A DNA stretch of 64,000 nt, from the IMG/VR virus record IMGVR_UViG_3300034072_001021, positions 186,001 through 250,000 of that record; one strand, 5' to 3'. Below the pieces are notes generated by a model. The model ran no database searches. It was given only the letters and a program-made list of their open reading frames with translations, and was not told the origin of the DNA. Positions 54,005-64,000 of this stretch are shown here, in pieces. The first letter of the stretch is position 1. Each line of letters starts with the position of its first letter. A program made the translations under genes and the position numbers.

Positions 54005-55414
54005 ATGGACATGGTTTCTGAAAGCGGTGCTATCACCGATGTGAATGAAATTGCTGCAGCACTAGGATTGACCCCGGAAGTGATCAAGGCCGAAGACGAA
54101 GCCGTTATGGCTACTTCGCTCGAAGATCTCCTCGAGGCAATCAACCAGACAGAGGAAATGGTTGCTGGTGAAGATGTCGATATCGACGTTCTTACTCCAG
54201 CCATGGAATCCATCCTCAATATCGCAAACGAAATCCAAGGCGCTGGCGCTATCTCCCGTGCTGACGCTATCACTCTTCGTCAGATGACCACTTCTCTCGA
54301 AGGGTTCCAGGATCTGTTTGCAACGATGCCGATGAACTCCTTCACCGAAATGCCATCGAAGGTAAACTTCGATGCATCGATGGAAGGCATCTTCGGTGAC
54401 ATCGGCCGCAAGATCGTAGAGTTCGTTAAAGCTATCGTTAAATGGCTGCGTGAACGTGCTAAGGCGTTCATCGGGTTTTTCCGGAGTAACCGCGTCAAGG
54501 TTAAACAGACCGAAGAAGCGGCAAAGAAAGTAGACGACGCGCTTGAGGCATCGGTTAAAGCAATGAAAGCCACTTCCAGCGAGATCGATGAGATTCTGGC
54601 AAGTGGTTTGTTCACTGCGTCTGCTAATGCTCAGGCTGCCGACAACATCAGCAAGACAGCTGAATCGCTCCGTGCACAACGTGCTCAGTTCGATGAACTC
54701 CGTCGTAAGCTCGGTGAGAAGAACGTTGGCGGCTGGGCAAACGGTGTTAAGGCCCGTACTCAGGCAAGTTCGTTCCAGCTCGATGTACCGATGTTGGCTA
54801 CATCCCTGGCATACGGTTCTCGTTCGGGTGGCGTTGCTCATGCGGTATTGTCCCTCCAACTCATCGCTATGAAACTTGGTCGCAATGCGATCGACTCGAC
54901 TAAGAACGACGTAGCGCCAGGGCTGATCGAGGACATCGTAGCTCTGGACAAGAAGCTGTTCGAAGAAAGCAAACTCACTAAACCAGACAACACAGTGGAC
55001 AGTGTGGCAAAAGCCATCAGGGACATTGTCTCTCGGCTACGTGAAGAAGCTGCTGATGTTGACGTGTTGACTGTAAGTGATCCGGAAAATGAAATCCGAA
55101 AAATCATCTCGTCTTTCAACACAGCTCAACTGTCCGGCAAAACAGACACCATGGGCAAAGCAGTTATCACTTCTTCTGAAGCAGCCAACAAGCGCATCAC
55201 TGCTCTTGAGGCAGAGATCATCAAGGCAAACAATGCTGGCGAGAAGCTGGTTGAAAACGATGAGCGGATTGTTCAAGTCCGTCGTCTGAAAACCATCGTC
55301 AAGTCATTCGAGGACGTTGAGTATATCTTCACTTCGATCATGGCGGCGTTTGCTAAGGTAACCACCATCGGTGGTAATCTGGCTAAGAACCCCGGTTCTG
55401 CAAAAGCAGCATAA
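54005..55414 (+). CDS. internal head (ejection) protein with S/A-x-E propeptide
   Basis: Acidic N-terminus with TSLE, AME, SLE and SME sites typical of phiKZ head-protease substrates. Confidence 0.75.
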   Translation: MDMVSESGAITDVNEIAAALGLTPEVIKAEDEAVMATSLEDLLEAINQTEEMVAGEDVDIDVLTPAMESILNIANEIQGAGAISRADAITLRQMTTSLEGFQDLFATMPMNSFTEMPSKVNFDASMEGIFGDIGRKIVEFVKAIVKWLRERAKAFIGFFRSNRVKVKQTEEAAKKVDDALEASVKAMKATSSEIDEILASGLFTASANAQAADNISKTAESLRAQRAQFDELRRKLGEKNVGGWANGVKARTQASSFQLDVPMLATSLAYGSRSGGVAHAVLSLQLIAMKLGRNAIDSTKNDVAPGLIEDIVALDKKLFEESKLTKPDNTVDSVAKAIRDIVSRLREEAADVDVLTVSDPENEIRKIISSFNTAQLSGKTDTMGKAVITSSEAANKRITALEAEIIKANNAGEKLVENDERIVQVRRLKTIVKSFEDVEYIFTSIMAAFAKVTTIGGNLAKNPGSAKAA

Positions 55415-55416
55415 AG

Positions 55417-55450
55417 GCATAGAGAGCAGCCCTAGGGCTGCTCTCTATGC
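55417..55450. terminator. Bidirectional GCATAG-family hairpin
   Basis: Perfect 16-bp GCATAGAGAGCAGCCC/GGGCTGCTCTCTATGC inverted repeat. Confidence 0.8.
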
Positions 55451-55452
55451 TG

Positions 55453-58371
55453 TTACACCGAGTGTGCGTAGAAGTCGATCTCGATACTGTCTTCGACACC
55501 GTAGGTGGCGTTAGGTAGCGCTACCAGCTTCTTCGCAATGCACAGGCGAGACGACTCGTCAGCCATGGAGATCAGATCGTAGTTACGACTGCCGCCAAGG
55601 TTCTTCAGAGTCACACCCAGTACATCGGTACCCATCACTTCCTTCAACTTGGTTTCAAGACCGTTGCGGGTCACTTGAAGCTCCTTGAATTCAGCAGTGA
55701 TGGTCTTACGAGTGCTACGACGAATCTCTTCTTTCAGTGCCTCGTTTTGAAGCACAGACGGAGTGACGTAGTACTTGATCTCCAGGTGTTGACCAGCCTG
55801 GATATTGGTCTCGACGCTCTCATCAACAATCGCCTTGACCAGACCCACAGTCGCTTTCGGATGGAACCACAGAATGGTGTTCTCCAGGAGCTTATCGCGG
55901 ATTGGTTTCAGAGTGATGTTTACCCATTCAACGATCTGGTCAGGAACTGTGTCCTTGTATTCCAGGTCAGTTTGGGTGTTGACGAAGTAGTAGACGCCGT
56001 CCAACAGGCAAAGTTCCACTTGACGCAGGACTGCCCGTGGAGATGCAACGATCGGAGCACCATTCTGAAGAATGATGTCGCCACGGCGATGCAGGTAAAC
56101 CACCTGGTCGTTCTCGATCACCGTTTCTCCTACACGGTGTTCGTAAACGATGTACGGCTTGTCGTCCTGATCGCGTTCGATCACGATGGCGCCCGTTTCC
56201 GGATCGCGTGCAGGGATATTGCTGGTGTAGATCATCGGTACATCTTCATCGTACCGCAAGTACTGCTCTTCACCCACAGTCGAACGAGCACGTGCCCACA
56301 GACCATCGAGAGAAGAACCCAGCTTCAGAGTTACCTGTTCGTGGTAGAGACCAGTGACCTCAGTACCAATCAGGAACTTGCCCATGTCGTTGTCAATGGT
56401 GGTTTCTTGACCATCTTCCACGACTGTGTTATCCACACCGTAGAAGATATCGAAGACTGTGCTCATCTTGGCAGGATACGGATGAGGTGCAACACCTTCA
56501 CCTTCGAACCCGTCCAGATAAACGTAGTCATTCGAATCAACATCCCAAGTCGAACCAAACTGGAACTCGAAGATCCATTCCTTGCTTTCGATGTCACGAC
56601 CCACCAGATTACCGTTGAGATAAACTCGTGACACTTCACCCGGAGGAACGTAAGCCAGCTGAGCTACGAGAGCATCATCTTCCAGATCTTTAAGGGTATC
56701 AGTGCTGTCGGTCATGACCTGCAGTGCCCAACCATTCTCAGTCCGAATGAACCGATGAGTGTTGGTGCTCACGCCCACCCCCAGTGTCCCGTTGTCCGTC
56801 ACGAAGAACCGACGCGTGATCTCTGGAGAGCCGAAGTAGTACGGCCGTACTTTGAACACGTTGTTGGTGATGTCGTAAACGTAATGGAACGGAGTGTAGA
56901 AGTAGTTGTGATTGCGGACATTGTCGATCAGCAAGTCACTTGGCAACGACATGATCGTATTTCGCGATTCACGATCAACAATCGACAGATAACCACCTTC
57001 GTCCTTGTACAGAGTCGAAGGCAGGATGGTGATGCGTTGACCGTTGTCCATCACGTCTGCCATGGACAGAATTTCAGAGATGGATTTATTCAGCGGTACG
57101 ACGTTGGCACCAATGCCGGTCGAGATCTCTTTGATGTCGGGGATCGGAAGTTCCCGACTGGCAGCGTAGAGACGATTGGTGACGTTGTCGATGTCAGTCA
57201 CGCAGCTGAACCCAGCATCTGTCAGTCGATCCAGTTGAGTCTGGATCTGCACATTGGTGATCGGGATCTCGATGTTACCGAGAGCGTTGTTGATCACCCG
57301 CTGCTTCAGCTTCTCGAAGCTGATGGCGTTACTACCACCGGTGGCAGGAAGACCTGCAAGGAAGTAGCTACTAACCATACGCGACGTGGGGCCTGTGTAT
57401 TTGCCGTTGTCGTCGTTATCGTAGTCGAGATACTCAACCGTGAACATGTCGGCGCTGTAGCCCTGCACAGCGAGTTCTAGAGCCCCTTTGGAGCTGTAGA
57501 TATCGATCCGCAGGGCACGGTTCACCAGGCCATTACTGAAATACACCTGAGGCACACTGACGTTCAGTTCACCAGCATTATTCAGCTGCAAAACAGCAGT
57601 CGGTGTGTACGGGTCATAGACCTGATCACTGTGCGTGGTCTTGATCTCTTTCCACTTACCGTTGGCTTCCATGTGATAGACACGGCAGTAGTAGAACGAG
57701 TCGTTGAACGCGTACGACTTGCTGAAGACCTTGGCTGCAGACAGTTGAGCTGTGTAGCTCTTCATGTCCAACTGAACGACCGGAACTTCCATCTGGATGA
57801 ATTCACGACGTTCACTGTTGTAGTTGACGATGTTCCAATTGACGTTGTTCGTCTCCAACTGTTTCATCGGACTCGGCTTCGAGTTGTCGAACACGATCTG
57901 CATACCGCCGTGAGGCATCACACGGACTTCGATCGGATACAGCGACATGAAAGGGACACCACCTGCCCAGACCTTGGTGTGACGAGGGATGACAATCTTC
58001 TTCATCCCAGCTTCACCAGTCTCGACTGCCTTGGCCATCAACTCTTCCTTGTCATAGACCATGAGGATCTCACTGGTCGACGGAGAGGAGAAGACGTTCA
58101 GGTAATCGACATCGCTCATGTGACGATACAGTTCTTCACGGGACATGGCCAGTTCAGGGTACTGTACACGATTGAGGAACTCGTCCTTACGGGCTACGTT
58201 AGCGAACAACGTAGCTGAGAATTCCATCAGGTAAGCGAAGGCGTTGTTGGAGTCCACGATCTGAACTTCATTGTTGGTGATGGTCTCGACGTATTCGATA
58301 CCTGCACCAAAGATGGACATCGGATTGAGCTTCGCCTGCTCGATCATCTCGTCCAATTGACGTCTTGACAT
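55453..58371 (-). CDS. large virion structural protein, probable baseplate (gp87-like)
   Basis: 972 aa; reversed pair with the next gene, as in phiKZ gp87/88 synteny. Confidence 0.75.
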   Translation of the reverse strand: MSRRQLDEMIEQAKLNPMSIFGAGIEYVETITNNEVQIVDSNNAFAYLMEFSATLFANVARKDEFLNRVQYPELAMSREELYRHMSDVDYLNVFSSPSTSEILMVYDKEELMAKAVETGEAGMKKIVIPRHTKVWAGGVPFMSLYPIEVRVMPHGGMQIVFDNSKPSPMKQLETNNVNWNIVNYNSERREFIQMEVPVVQLDMKSYTAQLSAAKVFSKSYAFNDSFYYCRVYHMEANGKWKEIKTTHSDQVYDPYTPTAVLQLNNAGELNVSVPQVYFSNGLVNRALRIDIYSSKGALELAVQGYSADMFTVEYLDYDNDDNGKYTGPTSRMVSSYFLAGLPATGGSNAISFEKLKQRVINNALGNIEIPITNVQIQTQLDRLTDAGFSCVTDIDNVTNRLYAASRELPIPDIKEISTGIGANVVPLNKSISEILSMADVMDNGQRITILPSTLYKDEGGYLSIVDRESRNTIMSLPSDLLIDNVRNHNYFYTPFHYVYDITNNVFKVRPYYFGSPEITRRFFVTDNGTLGVGVSTNTHRFIRTENGWALQVMTDSTDTLKDLEDDALVAQLAYVPPGEVSRVYLNGNLVGRDIESKEWIFEFQFGSTWDVDSNDYVYLDGFEGEGVAPHPYPAKMSTVFDIFYGVDNTVVEDGQETTIDNDMGKFLIGTEVTGLYHEQVTLKLGSSLDGLWARARSTVGEEQYLRYDEDVPMIYTSNIPARDPETGAIVIERDQDDKPYIVYEHRVGETVIENDQVVYLHRRGDIILQNGAPIVASPRAVLRQVELCLLDGVYYFVNTQTDLEYKDTVPDQIVEWVNITLKPIRDKLLENTILWFHPKATVGLVKAIVDESVETNIQAGQHLEIKYYVTPSVLQNEALKEEIRRSTRKTITAEFKELQVTRNGLETKLKEVMGTDVLGVTLKNLGGSRNYDLISMADESSRLCIAKKLVALPNATYGVEDSIEIDFYAHSV

Positions 58372-58383
58372 GAGTCACTCCAA

Positions 58384-59607
58384 TTAAACAGTTGTGGCCG
58401 TAGTGGTGGTCTGAGCTGTGGTTTCTTCGGCCATCATCGTGTTAGGAAGTTTGGGGCCGTCTGCAGGATACGCTTTGGTGAACACCCCTTTACGGATGCT
58501 CTCGTATTCTGACTTAGGAATCCACCATTCCAGCTCGTTGTCATTCATCATGTTGATCCAAGGAAAACCCTTATAGTTAAAAAGCTTCCTTTCGTCTGAT
58601 GGAATCTTGACCATCGCTTTCTGGCGCTGTCCATCGCCCATGTCCGGATTGAACATGACGACGACTTTATTGAACTCCCACAGGGTTATGGGGTCGTTGT
58701 ATTCTGCAACTGTACATTCAAATGTTGTTTGTACAGATTTGTTGTTTTCGTTGTAGGGGTTGTCACGCTGGTAGTTGAACGACGTACCCATGGAAAGACC
58801 CACTGGCATTGCCGCGCCACACGCAGCCCACTTCTGAACGAACTTGCCAGACCAGTCCATCGAGAAACGATAGATGCGGGTCATGTAATCAATTTCATTC
58901 TGGACGATGTTGTAACCGGCAGGCAGAATCTTGGTGCCCAGGTACACACCCCCTATGTAAAGAAGCCACGTAAATAGCGTCAATGATATAGGGTCACCTA
59001 GTGTGTTTTCAAAGGTACAGTCCAGTGAAAAACGACCATTGATCTCAGCAATTGAGTCGTTCATCATCCACACTTCCTTGGCCATACCTTCGTTGGTAGA
59101 GTATGCATGGAGTGTCAGATCGGGCCACCCGGACATGTTGGTCAGGGTGTTGCTGAGAAGCGGCATAAAAGCTTGTTTGTTGTCGAAGATCTGATTGTCT
59201 TTAGGAGACTCATCACGATCATCCCAGCCATCCGGCCAGAGCATCCGACGGACGATTCGTCCGTAAGAATCGGGCTTGGAATTGGCCAAAACTGTCAATT
59301 GACGCATCGCCATGATGTTATCGTATGACAGGTTCAAATTTGGACGTGTAAAGAACGTCAAACCCTGCATGTCAGTGTTAGCGGGAACGGCACTGCCTTG
59401 CTGAGTTCTGTTGTACCCTCCAAGCAAATCTTGGAACCTTGAACCAAAGGCGCCGCTGCCTTGTTCTCTGGTGAGCCGGCTCATTAACGCATTATCACCA
59501 TCGAAGCCACCATTCTTAGCGATGGTGTCTAGGATTTTGAGCATGCCGTTACCGAGCGTATCATCGCCCTGGTTACCGGTTTTAACCTTGAAATACTCAC
59601 TCATCAC
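58384..59607 (-). CDS. virion structural protein, tail-tube/baseplate-like (gp88-like)
   Basis: GLTFFTRPNLNL and SGWPD motifs as recalled; synteny. Confidence 0.75.
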   Translation of the reverse strand: MMSEYFKVKTGNQGDDTLGNGMLKILDTIAKNGGFDGDNALMSRLTREQGSGAFGSRFQDLLGGYNRTQQGSAVPANTDMQGLTFFTRPNLNLSYDNIMAMRQLTVLANSKPDSYGRIVRRMLWPDGWDDRDESPKDNQIFDNKQAFMPLLSNTLTNMSGWPDLTLHAYSTNEGMAKEVWMMNDSIAEINGRFSLDCTFENTLGDPISLTLFTWLLYIGGVYLGTKILPAGYNIVQNEIDYMTRIYRFSMDWSGKFVQKWAACGAAMPVGLSMGTSFNYQRDNPYNENNKSVQTTFECTVAEYNDPITLWEFNKVVVMFNPDMGDGQRQKAMVKIPSDERKLFNYKGFPWINMMNDNELEWWIPKSEYESIRKGVFTKAYPADGPKLPNTMMAEETTAQTTTTATTV

Positions 59608-59633
59608 ACTGTACCTTAAATAAGGAACTTTCC

Positions 59634-60932
59634 ATGAAATCGACAGTCTCTAACGAGGGCCTGGTCCTCGGCGGGGTTTTGGCCAAAGGTGCCATTAGTG
59701 TGGCTGGAGGCCTGCTCGTTAAATACGGCCCTCAAATAGCCAAGACCATTGCTGAAAAGGTTACCGACATCGCCGGTACCAAAGCAATTGAACGGGCTAA
59801 AGAACAACTGGCCAATAGCAACGGAGTGGGTTCCGATCTCGTTCGCTTCACACAATCTGCACGAGTTGAGCCGATTCTTCTGATGGACAAGAACGCAGTC
59901 AACGTACCGTTCATTCAGGACGTGGTACACACTGCCTTCAATATGTTCACCGGCTACTGGCTGTTGGCGGTTTCGCTCGATGCCAAGATCAACGGCATTT
60001 CCGTCGGTCGTCGTCTGGACAAGTTTGCCACTGATCGTTCGCTGGGCGATGCCACGCTTACCATGCTCACCGAGAGTACTGGTTTCGGTAAAACATCGAT
60101 GGAAAGTTTCGGTCTTCCGTTCATTGAAGAGATTCTTCAAGAAGAAACTGCATCGATGGAAGCAGTCGAAGACAAGGCAATGGCCGAAGCTGCCGAAGCT
60201 GCCGCTGAGCTTGCAGGTGAGAAGAAAGAAGAAGAAAACAAAATCACTGGTGGTACTGGTGTAACCAACGCTGCCAAGTATGTCGAGAAGATCACCAACC
60301 TGGCTGTTGGTAGCGTCATCGACGTATCGATCAAGGAAGATGGTAAGGAAGCCGTCGTTCCGGTAACCATTCGTCTGCGTGTCGCTGGCATGCCGTCCGA
60401 CGTCATGGTTCAGACCCTGGCTGTAGGTGGTAAGGACGTTACCTTCCGTAGCCGCTGGCGCGCCTGGCGTGCTGGTGAGATCGGTTTCTGGTCTGACTTC
60501 GTTCTGGCCATGGATCGTGTTGACGCTCACCGCGCTGCCATGATGAAGGATGAGACCGGCTACTACAAGGCCGTGTATGGTCGTGCGACCAACAACCAAC
60601 TGACCCAGGAAATCCTGAAGAACGGCCCATCCCTGTCGACTGCCAGCTCCATCATCGTGATGACTGAGCAGACTGCCAAGGATCTGGAACGTCGCATCAG
60701 CGGTGAACTGAAGAACTTCAAGACCCGCCAGGGTATCTTCGGTCACACCTACTCGATGCTCATGATCATCGTCGATCCTGACTGGGAGTCGGTCACCATC
60801 TACACCCGTGGTATCGAAATGCCGACCAAGCTGACTGCTCGGGACATCAAGACTGCCGGCAAGTCCGACAGTAAAGAACTGATGGAAATCCTCAAGAGCT
60901 ACCAGCTGGGCCGCGCTCCGGGCCGGTTCTGA
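59634..60932 (+). CDS. virion head protein (gp89-like)
   Basis: 432 aa with SNE, SME and ASME sites; synteny. Confidence 0.75.
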   Translation: MKSTVSNEGLVLGGVLAKGAISVAGGLLVKYGPQIAKTIAEKVTDIAGTKAIERAKEQLANSNGVGSDLVRFTQSARVEPILLMDKNAVNVPFIQDVVHTAFNMFTGYWLLAVSLDAKINGISVGRRLDKFATDRSLGDATLTMLTESTGFGKTSMESFGLPFIEEILQEETASMEAVEDKAMAEAAEAAAELAGEKKEEENKITGGTGVTNAAKYVEKITNLAVGSVIDVSIKEDGKEAVVPVTIRLRVAGMPSDVMVQTLAVGGKDVTFRSRWRAWRAGEIGFWSDFVLAMDRVDAHRAAMMKDETGYYKAVYGRATNNQLTQEILKNGPSLSTASSIIVMTEQTAKDLERRISGELKNFKTRQGIFGHTYSMLMIIVDPDWESVTIYTRGIEMPTKLTARDIKTAGKSDSKELMEILKSYQLGRAPGRF

Positions 60933-60960
60933 TCCCTCTCTCATTAGGAAATAAGAGAAA

Positions 60961-61848
60961 ATGAAACTCCTCGACTATGTTCGAAAACTGGGCAAATCTC
61001 TGTCCAAGGATGAGCTGCGTGAATCCATCCGTGTATTCATGCAGGGTCTCCAGAAAGCCATCGAAAGCTTCATGAACGCCGAGACCACGGTTCAGTCGTT
61101 CAAGTCGAAAGCCGGCCGCGACTTCGAAGCCAACTTCGACAAGGCGATTCGTCGTCCCCCGAAACTGTCGGTGTTCGGCTACATCCGTCAAGTGATGGCC
61201 AACATGGCCGTGACTGCTGAGATGCTGTCGGCGCTGGCTGACAAGCAATTCGGTCAAGACGTCGTCGTCGAAGGCATTACCTACAAACGTGCAGAACTCC
61301 TGCGCACTATCGGGTACATGGACTTCGTGGTGTCGTACTCGATGCAGTTGCTGCATTATCTCCTGGTCGCTGAGGCGTCTGTGGTATCGAAGAGTCATGC
61401 CGATGGTCAAGAGCGTCCCAAGCCCGAACTGGCTTGGCTGATGAACAACCAGAAAGCCTACCTGACCCTGCTGACTACCTTTGCTCGCCCCAGTCGTGAA
61501 CTGGCTACGCTTCTGGATGCCATTCCGGACATCGCCATCGGTGACGATGACGAGCGTGTGATCGTTCCTCAGGTCGGTATCAACAAGATCGACCCGCTGA
61601 AAAACAACTTCATTCCGCTGGTCACCAAAGGTGCGATGTCGATCGGCCTGGCCTGGGTTCACTTCCAGGTACATCGTTACGAGCGTCTGAAAGAAGATGC
61701 TCGCTCGATCCAACTGCGCCTGGAACAACTGCGTCTGCAAGCCGAAGGCAAGCAAGATGCTCAACTCGAGCGCACCATCGAGAAGTACGAGCAGTACCTG
61801 AACCGTACTGCTGAGAAAATCGCCAAGATGGAGGAGAAGTGGACATGA
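60961..61848 (+). CDS. virion head protein (gp90-like)
   Basis: 295 aa with a C-terminal coiled coil; synteny. Confidence 0.75.
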   Translation: MKLLDYVRKLGKSLSKDELRESIRVFMQGLQKAIESFMNAETTVQSFKSKAGRDFEANFDKAIRRPPKLSVFGYIRQVMANMAVTAEMLSALADKQFGQDVVVEGITYKRAELLRTIGYMDFVVSYSMQLLHYLLVAEASVVSKSHADGQERPKPELAWLMNNQKAYLTLLTTFARPSRELATLLDAIPDIAIGDDDERVIVPQVGINKIDPLKNNFIPLVTKGAMSIGLAWVHFQVHRYERLKEDARSIQLRLEQLRLQAEGKQDAQLERTIEKYEQYLNRTAEKIAKMEEKWT

Positions 61849-62372
61849 CAGTCCTACGTACCCATCGCGGTTTCGTTCTGGACAGTCGGTCTTCTCATCC
61901 GGAAGGCTACATCGACCTCCCGCTGGTAGATACCCTCTATCAGCGCATGGAGGCCACTCATGACTGGCACGATGATTTCGAATATCTCGAGCAAGTTGTG
62001 AAGGCTGCCAAGCAGCTGCTGTTCACGAAAGACGACCGGTTCATCCTGACATCTCAACTGAAAGAACCGCTTCCTCATTGGGTTCTGAAGTTCACGTTGT
62101 CGACTCTGGACTTCCTGAACGGGAAACCTCGCCAGCTCAGCCTGGAGAATTTCCGTGATCTTATGGTGTTCCATCCGCAAGATGCCGTCACGCACGATCA
62201 CTCCAAAGCGATCCGTGACAACAACTACGGCTGGATGTTCCAGGCTACCCCCGGTGACATCGTCTCTGCGTGGTTGTCCCAGGAAGATGGTTTGACTGAT
62301 CTGGTGATGTCACTTTACCTGATCGGCGGTAAGTTGCCGAGTGATTGGCATTCCAAGTCTGAGGCTCTCTGA
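61845..62372 (+). CDS. conserved phiKZ-like protein (gp91-like position)
   Basis: ATGA overlap with the previous gene. Confidence 0.75.
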   Translation: MTVLRTHRGFVLDSRSSHPEGYIDLPLVDTLYQRMEATHDWHDDFEYLEQVVKAAKQLLFTKDDRFILTSQLKEPLPHWVLKFTLSTLDFLNGKPRQLSLENFRDLMVFHPQDAVTHDHSKAIRDNNYGWMFQATPGDIVSAWLSQEDGLTDLVMSLYLIGGKLPSDWHSKSEAL

Positions 62373-62473
62373 GCCTCAGATTCATCCCTACACCTATGGT
62401 GTGCAGAGGTACACGCGTTGTCCTAGGTTCAACCGTACCTCTTTCTTTGTTTGCAAACATGGAGAACAACCCA

Positions 62474-63715
62474 ATGCGTAACAGCATTCTGCAAAGCGCC
62501 CTTTCCGTATCCCTGGAGTCCGATGACCTCCCGATGGAAGGCGCCGAACTGAACCCGGTCACCGAGACCACTACCGTTCAAGTGGACGAAGTCCTGGAAG
62601 AAGTGCGTGAAGCCGGCGATGCCGTCGAAGAGCACGAAGAAGCCGTCGAAGAACTGGACGGTGCTGCCGAGTCCCTCGAGTCCCTGATCGCCTCCCTGGA
62701 AAGCGCCATCGCCGATGGCGGCATGTCCCCGCAGACCGCCGACGTTCACAGCCGCGCCATGGCCAACGCCGTTCGTCGCCTGCCGATCGATGCCAGCCAG
62801 TTCACCGTCTCCAACGAGTCCTTCGGCGGCACCGGCGACAAGCTGGTTGCTTCGCAAGAAGCTCTGGAAGGCGCCAAGGCCATGCTGTCCAAGATCTGGG
62901 CTGCCATCAAGAACACCGTGATCAACGCCTGGAAAGCCGTGGTCAACTTCGTCCAGACCCTGGGCAAGTCCGCCGCCGCTCTGAACAAGGCCGGCAAGCT
63001 GCTGATCGCCAGCGCCAACTCCGTGAAGGGTGACGCCAAGGGCAAGAAGATCGACGCCACCGGCGTAGCCAAGCTGCTGCACGTGAACGGTGACTTCGAC
63101 GGTAACGTTGCCGGCAAGCTGGCCACCATCGTTTCCAACGGCGCTCAAGTCGTGAACTCTGCCAAGGTCGCTCAGTCCGAGCTGACCAAGCTGGCTGGCG
63201 CCATCGCCACCGGCCGCACCACCACCGAAGAGCAAGCAGCTGGCCACGAAGCCATCCTGAAAGCTCTGCCGAAAGGCGCTCTGCCGGGCGGTCGCGAGAT
63301 CGTCGAAAGCGAAGGTGGCATGCCGAAGCTGACCGCCAAGGTCGATCTGAAGCTGGCCAAAGTCGAGCTGGACGTGCCGGACGCTGCCGCCATCAAGGGC
63401 ATCGGCCAGGGCATCATCAAGATCGCCCAGTTCATCGAAGACTACGACAAGAAGTACTTCAAGGGCCTGCAGAAGTCCATCGACGAGTTCGTCACCAAGC
63501 AGGACAAGCTGATCGTCCGCATGGAGCTGGAAGACAAGGCCGAGACCGCCAAGGTTCGTGCTGAGCTGAACGGCTTCAAGAAGATCTCTTCGATCGCTCG
63601 CGCTGTCGGCCCGGACTACCTGGGCTACGCTGCCAACGCCGCCAAGGCCTCCTTCAACTTCGGTAAGAAGGCTCTGGCTGCCCTGGGTGGCAAGGCTGAA
63701 GCTGCCGCTGCCTAA
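62474..63715 (+). CDS. abundant internal head / inner-body protein (gp92-97 paralog type)
   Basis: Acidic propeptide with SLES, SNESF and SQE sites; extreme codon bias. Confidence 0.8.
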   Translation: MRNSILQSALSVSLESDDLPMEGAELNPVTETTTVQVDEVLEEVREAGDAVEEHEEAVEELDGAAESLESLIASLESAIADGGMSPQTADVHSRAMANAVRRLPIDASQFTVSNESFGGTGDKLVASQEALEGAKAMLSKIWAAIKNTVINAWKAVVNFVQTLGKSAAALNKAGKLLIASANSVKGDAKGKKIDATGVAKLLHVNGDFDGNVAGKLATIVSNGAQVVNSAKVAQSELTKLAGAIATGRTTTEEQAAGHEAILKALPKGALPGGREIVESEGGMPKLTAKVDLKLAKVELDVPDAAAIKGIGQGIIKIAQFIEDYDKKYFKGLQKSIDEFVTKQDKLIVRMELEDKAETAKVRAELNGFKKISSIARAVGPDYLGYAANAAKASFNFGKKALAALGGKAEAAAA

Positions 63716-63736
63716 GCAGTAGCAACCTCGCGCTAG

Positions 63737-63770
63737 ACCTACCGGCTTCACGGCCGGTAGGTCTTTTATT
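63737..63770 (+). terminator. Rho-independent terminator
   Basis: acctaccggc-ttcacg-gccggtaggt followed by cttttatt. Confidence 0.75.
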
Positions 63771-63828
63771 CCGTTTAGACGAATTCTATGGTGAATTGCC
63801 CTACTTAATTTTCTCAGAGAACTTTCCT

Positions 63829-64000
63829 ATGTCCGAGCAAGACCTGCTTACTCCGGTAGGCGACATTAGCGAGGGCTTCTACGATATCCTGGAGTCTCGT
63901 CGAGAGATTGTGGAAGGGAATGCTGAACTCGAATCTTTGTTCAATGCGACAGATGCACTCGAGTCACTTTCCAACCACCTCGACACCTACGACGTCGTTT
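63829..64000 (+). CDS. internal head protein paralog, 5' part (runs off window)
   Basis: MSEQDLL...ELESL...ALESL; open to the window end. Confidence 0.65.
   Translation, partial: MSEQDLLTPVGDISEGFYDILESRREIVEGNAELESLFNATDALESLSNHLDTYDVV

Noticed and set aside
52141-63790. TATG late-promoter cores upstream of head genes (about 52145, 62395, 63787)
   Set aside because: Consistent with the phiKZ late consensus, but a 4-mer cannot be distinguished from chance without TSS data.

Overview
This window is a segment of a nucleus-forming, phiKZ-like jumbo phage genome (Chimalliviridae). Gene order follows the phiKZ core. It runs from the PhuZ tubulin 3' part through a run of small ORFs, the family-B DNA polymerase catalytic half, chimallin, the non-virion RNA polymerase subunits, an SbcD-like nuclease, ChmC-, gp68- and PicA-like genes, an intein-containing SF2 helicase and a virion RNAP beta' piece. 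It then continues through an ~12 kb accessory island, the polymerase exonuclease half, and head/baseplate structural genes. All family assignments come from motifs, synteny and recalled family knowledge; no searches were run. The most interesting signals are: (1) an in-phase T TTT TTC slippery site joining two probable tail-assembly-chaperone genes (lambda G/GT-type -1 frameshift); (2) a ~4.5 kb mostly non-coding island with two canonical tRNAs, several expanded tRNA-shaped units, a free-standing RNA with group I intron core topology and a ~500 nt pseudoknotted RNA, flanked by candidate anti-defence genes; (3) an Ala-start class 3 intein; (4) a 956-aa protein built from a tandem ~80-aa Trp-rich repeat; (5) ten consecutive small ORFs sharing one architecture; (6) a bipartite TTCGAA-N12-ATACATTAT promoter-like motif; (7) a family of GCATAG-based intergenic hairpins.
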